From NCBI RefSeq assembly GCF_003918875.1, contig NW_025766225.1, positions 124,001 to 188,000 on the forward strand: a stretch of DNA of 64,000 bases. Reading direction: 5' to 3'. A program made the position numbers and the translations under genes. The stretch comes from Haliotis rubra. Lineage: Eukaryota. The notes beneath the pieces were generated by a model. It was not told the DNA's origin, did not search any database, and saw nothing but the letters and a program-made list of their open reading frames with translations. Positions within the stretch are counted from its first letter, which is position 1. Each line of letters starts with the position of its first letter. Positions 60,526 to 64,000 of this stretch are shown piece after piece.

Positions 60526-63500
60526 GCCTCACATTGAACATTATTGACCCCGACTCATACTAAATAAATAACATTACGAATAGTGTCGTGGAATGATTTC
60601 ACTTCCATACCTTACTTTGTGAGATGTTTTATCAATTGAGATGATTTTCTGCCGATGTTAATCATGCTTAATCCCTAAATTATTATTGTTTTGTTGTTGT
60701 CGGTGGTGGTTTTGTGGGAAGGAAGCAAGGGCACAGCAATATCGTCAATTGACTGGTCCAACTCTAGTTGCTAGTCAGTATTTATCTTATTTAATTATAT
60801 TTCTGCGGTATCTGTATAACTATTTTAACGTCCTTTGTTGATAACATTTGAGCATACTTAAAAATGTCAAATAAAACAGATGTCGTTGGGCGTAACAGGT
60901 AAAATAGCGCTGGAAAAATATGAATATGGATTACTGACAAGACACTGATGATACCAGGTGTTCGCGATGCCATATTAAGTTCTCGTCGCCATTGATCTGA
61001 CAAAATTGTATAATTGAGGTACAAAGCCCCAATCCTGTGTTTGATAAGAGCTAACTAACATTCAGGAAAAAACACAATCCTAAAATATGATCTGAACAAA
61101 TACCCATCCATACAAATATAATTACAATTTCCCGAGCCGGCCATTACACATAATTGCTGAATGTTTTATTTACTCTTTAAAACGAGCTGAAGAACGCATA
61201 CAATTCAGACAATTACAAGTCACTGACAGAGATCACGCTGTAGCAAATACACTCCTGTAAGGATACGTTGTAATTGGCAAATGTCTTTCTAACCCTGACC
61301 CTAACTATCTCTCTACTTGTTTGAACACATGCGACATCACTGACCAGACACTGTACAGAACCCCGGGGATCGAACCCAGTTGAATCTCCTCTAGATGGTC
61401 CTGTTCGTACAGTGAAAAGTGTGAGTCAGCATATGCAATTCCTTTTTAAAATATCAGAAAAAAACTTTAGTCAGCCTTGACGGTCCTTGATCTAAAAATG
61501 TCCAGTGTTTCTAGTTGTTGCTTAAGTCCTGAATGATTACAAAACAGAGTGTATGAAATCCGTCACCCTGGCATGAAATTCCTTTCAAAAGCTACTTTCA
61601 CGTTGGACTTTGTTACATAGGTGATTGGCAATACTTTCGACGTTGTTTAGGCTTACACCGGATGCCGTCAATCAATGGGACATAAACCTGACCGGACGTG
61701 ATGGTCAACAGGGCTCCTTGGCGTTATGCATTGTCCACACACAGGTCAGTACATTCTTCAAGAAAACAGGAACATAACGGAAAACAGAAATGTTCTACAA
61801 CGTGGCCCTACTTTGCAAAGTTAATGAACAGATCTACTCAAGCGTACTTTCAGTGCAAGTATTTCTCGGTTAACGTGTCAATGGTTCTTAAGTGCTTCAG
61901 TGGTCAGTTGAAGGGTCAAGGCAACTTCCTTCTCTTCACACTCACTCAGTATTTTCACAGTGGAGGTACAGTGGGACGACATACATTCCGAACATACGGC
62001 TTCAAACTGGATTATTCCACTGAAACCCTTTAAACTAACATTTATTTAAATAATTTTCTGAATTGCACCACATTCCAAGGATAAGTTTCATCGCCATCTG
62101 CCTTTCTGTGTATGAGTTCGCATTAGATAACTTTAAACGGTTCCCGTAGAAATACTTCGATTTTGGTTTGGTTTCTTCTCTAACGCCGCACTAAGCAATA
62201 TTCTATCTATATGGCGGCGGTCTGCAAACATCTTGGATTTCGAAACAAATATGTGTTTGTTAGAATTTAAACACATGCAAATATCAAAATTTTCATTGTA
62301 GTACTTTACGAAAGTGAAGCAAATCATGAGAAATATGTGCTATAATTCCAGCTACATAAGCATGTCGTTACTAATAACTGTAATTATGATAAAACCGCCA
62401 TGACCTGAAAGTGGAGAGCCTGCTGCCGGTCTTGATGTCACGCATATGTATAATGTGCCCAAATGACAAATGCAGCTTTGTAATAATCAAAATCTATCAC
62501 AATTCAATACTGATTCCTTCACGCACTTCCAACTGAAAAAAAATGTCATGTTTTCAACTGATTTTGAGCGTTTATAAGACCTTACATTCACATTTCAAAA
62601 TTTCCGCTTGAAACGTTCGTGCATATACGTCGGAGGAGCAGTTTGAAGAAGAAAGAAGATTTGTGGAAACTTTCCCAACATCCCACCAAATAGACGTATC
62701 TTGATACCCATGTCTGTAATAGGGATTAGCTTGTTGCGTTTACAAGAGACTGATACAAAAGTCAATAGTTGACACCAGAAATATTACTACTGTCCAGGTA
62801 TGAACGTCCTCAATCAGTTCCTTTATCTGTGATGATATTAATATCATGCCTGTACTTAACACTTAACAGGGGGCGCCGAGTTATTCAGGTAAATATGCAT
62901 TTATGCGAGCGCCTATTGTTTTAGATCGCTTTCAGCAAATATCACAGAATACAGCACCAGAAATGGGTGTCACACATTCAGCAATGTCGTAATAAAAGTA
63001 AACGCATGGTTATCGAAGGGTCTATTTTTATATCAGTGAATGATTTATCAAACGGAAACTTGAGCCCTAAGCCTCGTATGTGATATATACCAACGATAAA
63101 TTCTCTGCTACAGACTTGTCTGGTTACTGAACTGGTGTAATCTGCATTCAGTGACACTGTAGATTTACCAGGCAGCCTCACACAGCGATAATGATTGAAT
63201 GTCATCCATTTACATTGACACGCACGAGGAAGCATTGCAATCGCTATTGCCATAGTTGTCATATCATTGCTTCCTTCACCTATTTGCTTAGCGAACTGAC
63301 AAATGAAAATAACATGTCGTTAATAAGCACCTGTTTATCGAGTGGTACGGTTCAGTTCAACTACAACATTGCACGTGATGACTCATCGTTAATAAAATCC
63401 CACATCTTCTCATTTAAAAGTCCTAAATACGAAACTAATCTAGTTTACGTCCTCTTCTCACTGTCGCTAATGTCCGAACTAATTATCATATGCAATCAAA

Positions 63501-64000
63501 TTGAGCAAAAACGACAGCCCATTTTTTTTATACAAAAGCGAACAATGTCCTCGTAATGTCGCTTGTGCACCTGCGCATATTGCTTAAGAATTACCTCTGC
63601 GCTTGAAGGGTAGAATTAATGAATTATTGTATTTCTTGCTTGGATAAGATACGTCCCTTGTATAAACTAATTCCTCTTTACGGGCAATAATGAATGTACT
63701 TCTTGTAGCGGTGTCGTATTTTCATACGTTAATGCAGACGAAAGTGGTTAACTTAAACAATACTCTCTTTGGGCGTGTTTGGGACGAAGTATTCATATTA
63801 GTACACCGATATTAATAAAGAATGATTTACGCCAAAAAATTGAATGTATCTCTTGTATTCTTGGTAATAGCCTCAAACACTACTGGTATTTTTACAGGTT
63901 TGACATTATAGTCTGTGGGGTGAAAACGTCGCCTTGAAGATTATTACGCTTACACAGCGATCTTGTTTCACTTTATTATCACATTGTTATTAGAACCTTG

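Noticed and set aside
62978-63556. ORFs 62978-63262 (-) and 63191-63556 (+)
   Set aside because: No recognisable domain or coding signal; one runs into a SINE fragment.

Overview
Repeat-rich animal genomic DNA, most likely molluscan (the SINE families with (ACTC)n tails look abalone/gastropod-like; this is an inference). Left to right: (1) 1-1560: two intronless, divergently transcribed, mutually related Cys/His zinc-finger genes share a CRE-rich bidirectional promoter. Each ends in a perfect replication-dependent histone mRNA stem-loop plus a purine-rich downstream element, although neither encodes a histone. This is the most unusual feature of the window. A YY1/ETS/CRE motif cluster follows. 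(2) 1700-5606: a long inverted repeat containing a 34/68-bp satellite. (3) 6344-9434: a two-exon minus-strand gene for a 129-aa secreted protein, with a repeat-filled intron. (4) Long GGAGGC(A/T)T satellite arrays with a decayed Polinton/Maverick (adintovirus-like) element inserted in them. The element has an AGTAGT left terminus, a membrane-hairpin protein, two paralogous fibre-like genes, a major capsid protein, an A32-type packaging ATPase, small membrane proteins and a stand-alone paralogue of the pPolB N-terminal domain. Its pPolB N-terminus is fused by deletion to an integrase core fragment, and the right end is lost. (5) Positions ~7033-21680 are tandemly repeated at ~21676-35824, with indel-rich sequence around the junction, so this is either a real duplication or an assembly artefact. 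(6) ~47.07-54.55 kb: a 46-bp (2x23) satellite. (7) 54.6-64 kb: AT-rich non-coding DNA with SINEs and MITEs. Most ORFs in the supplied track are satellite artefacts.
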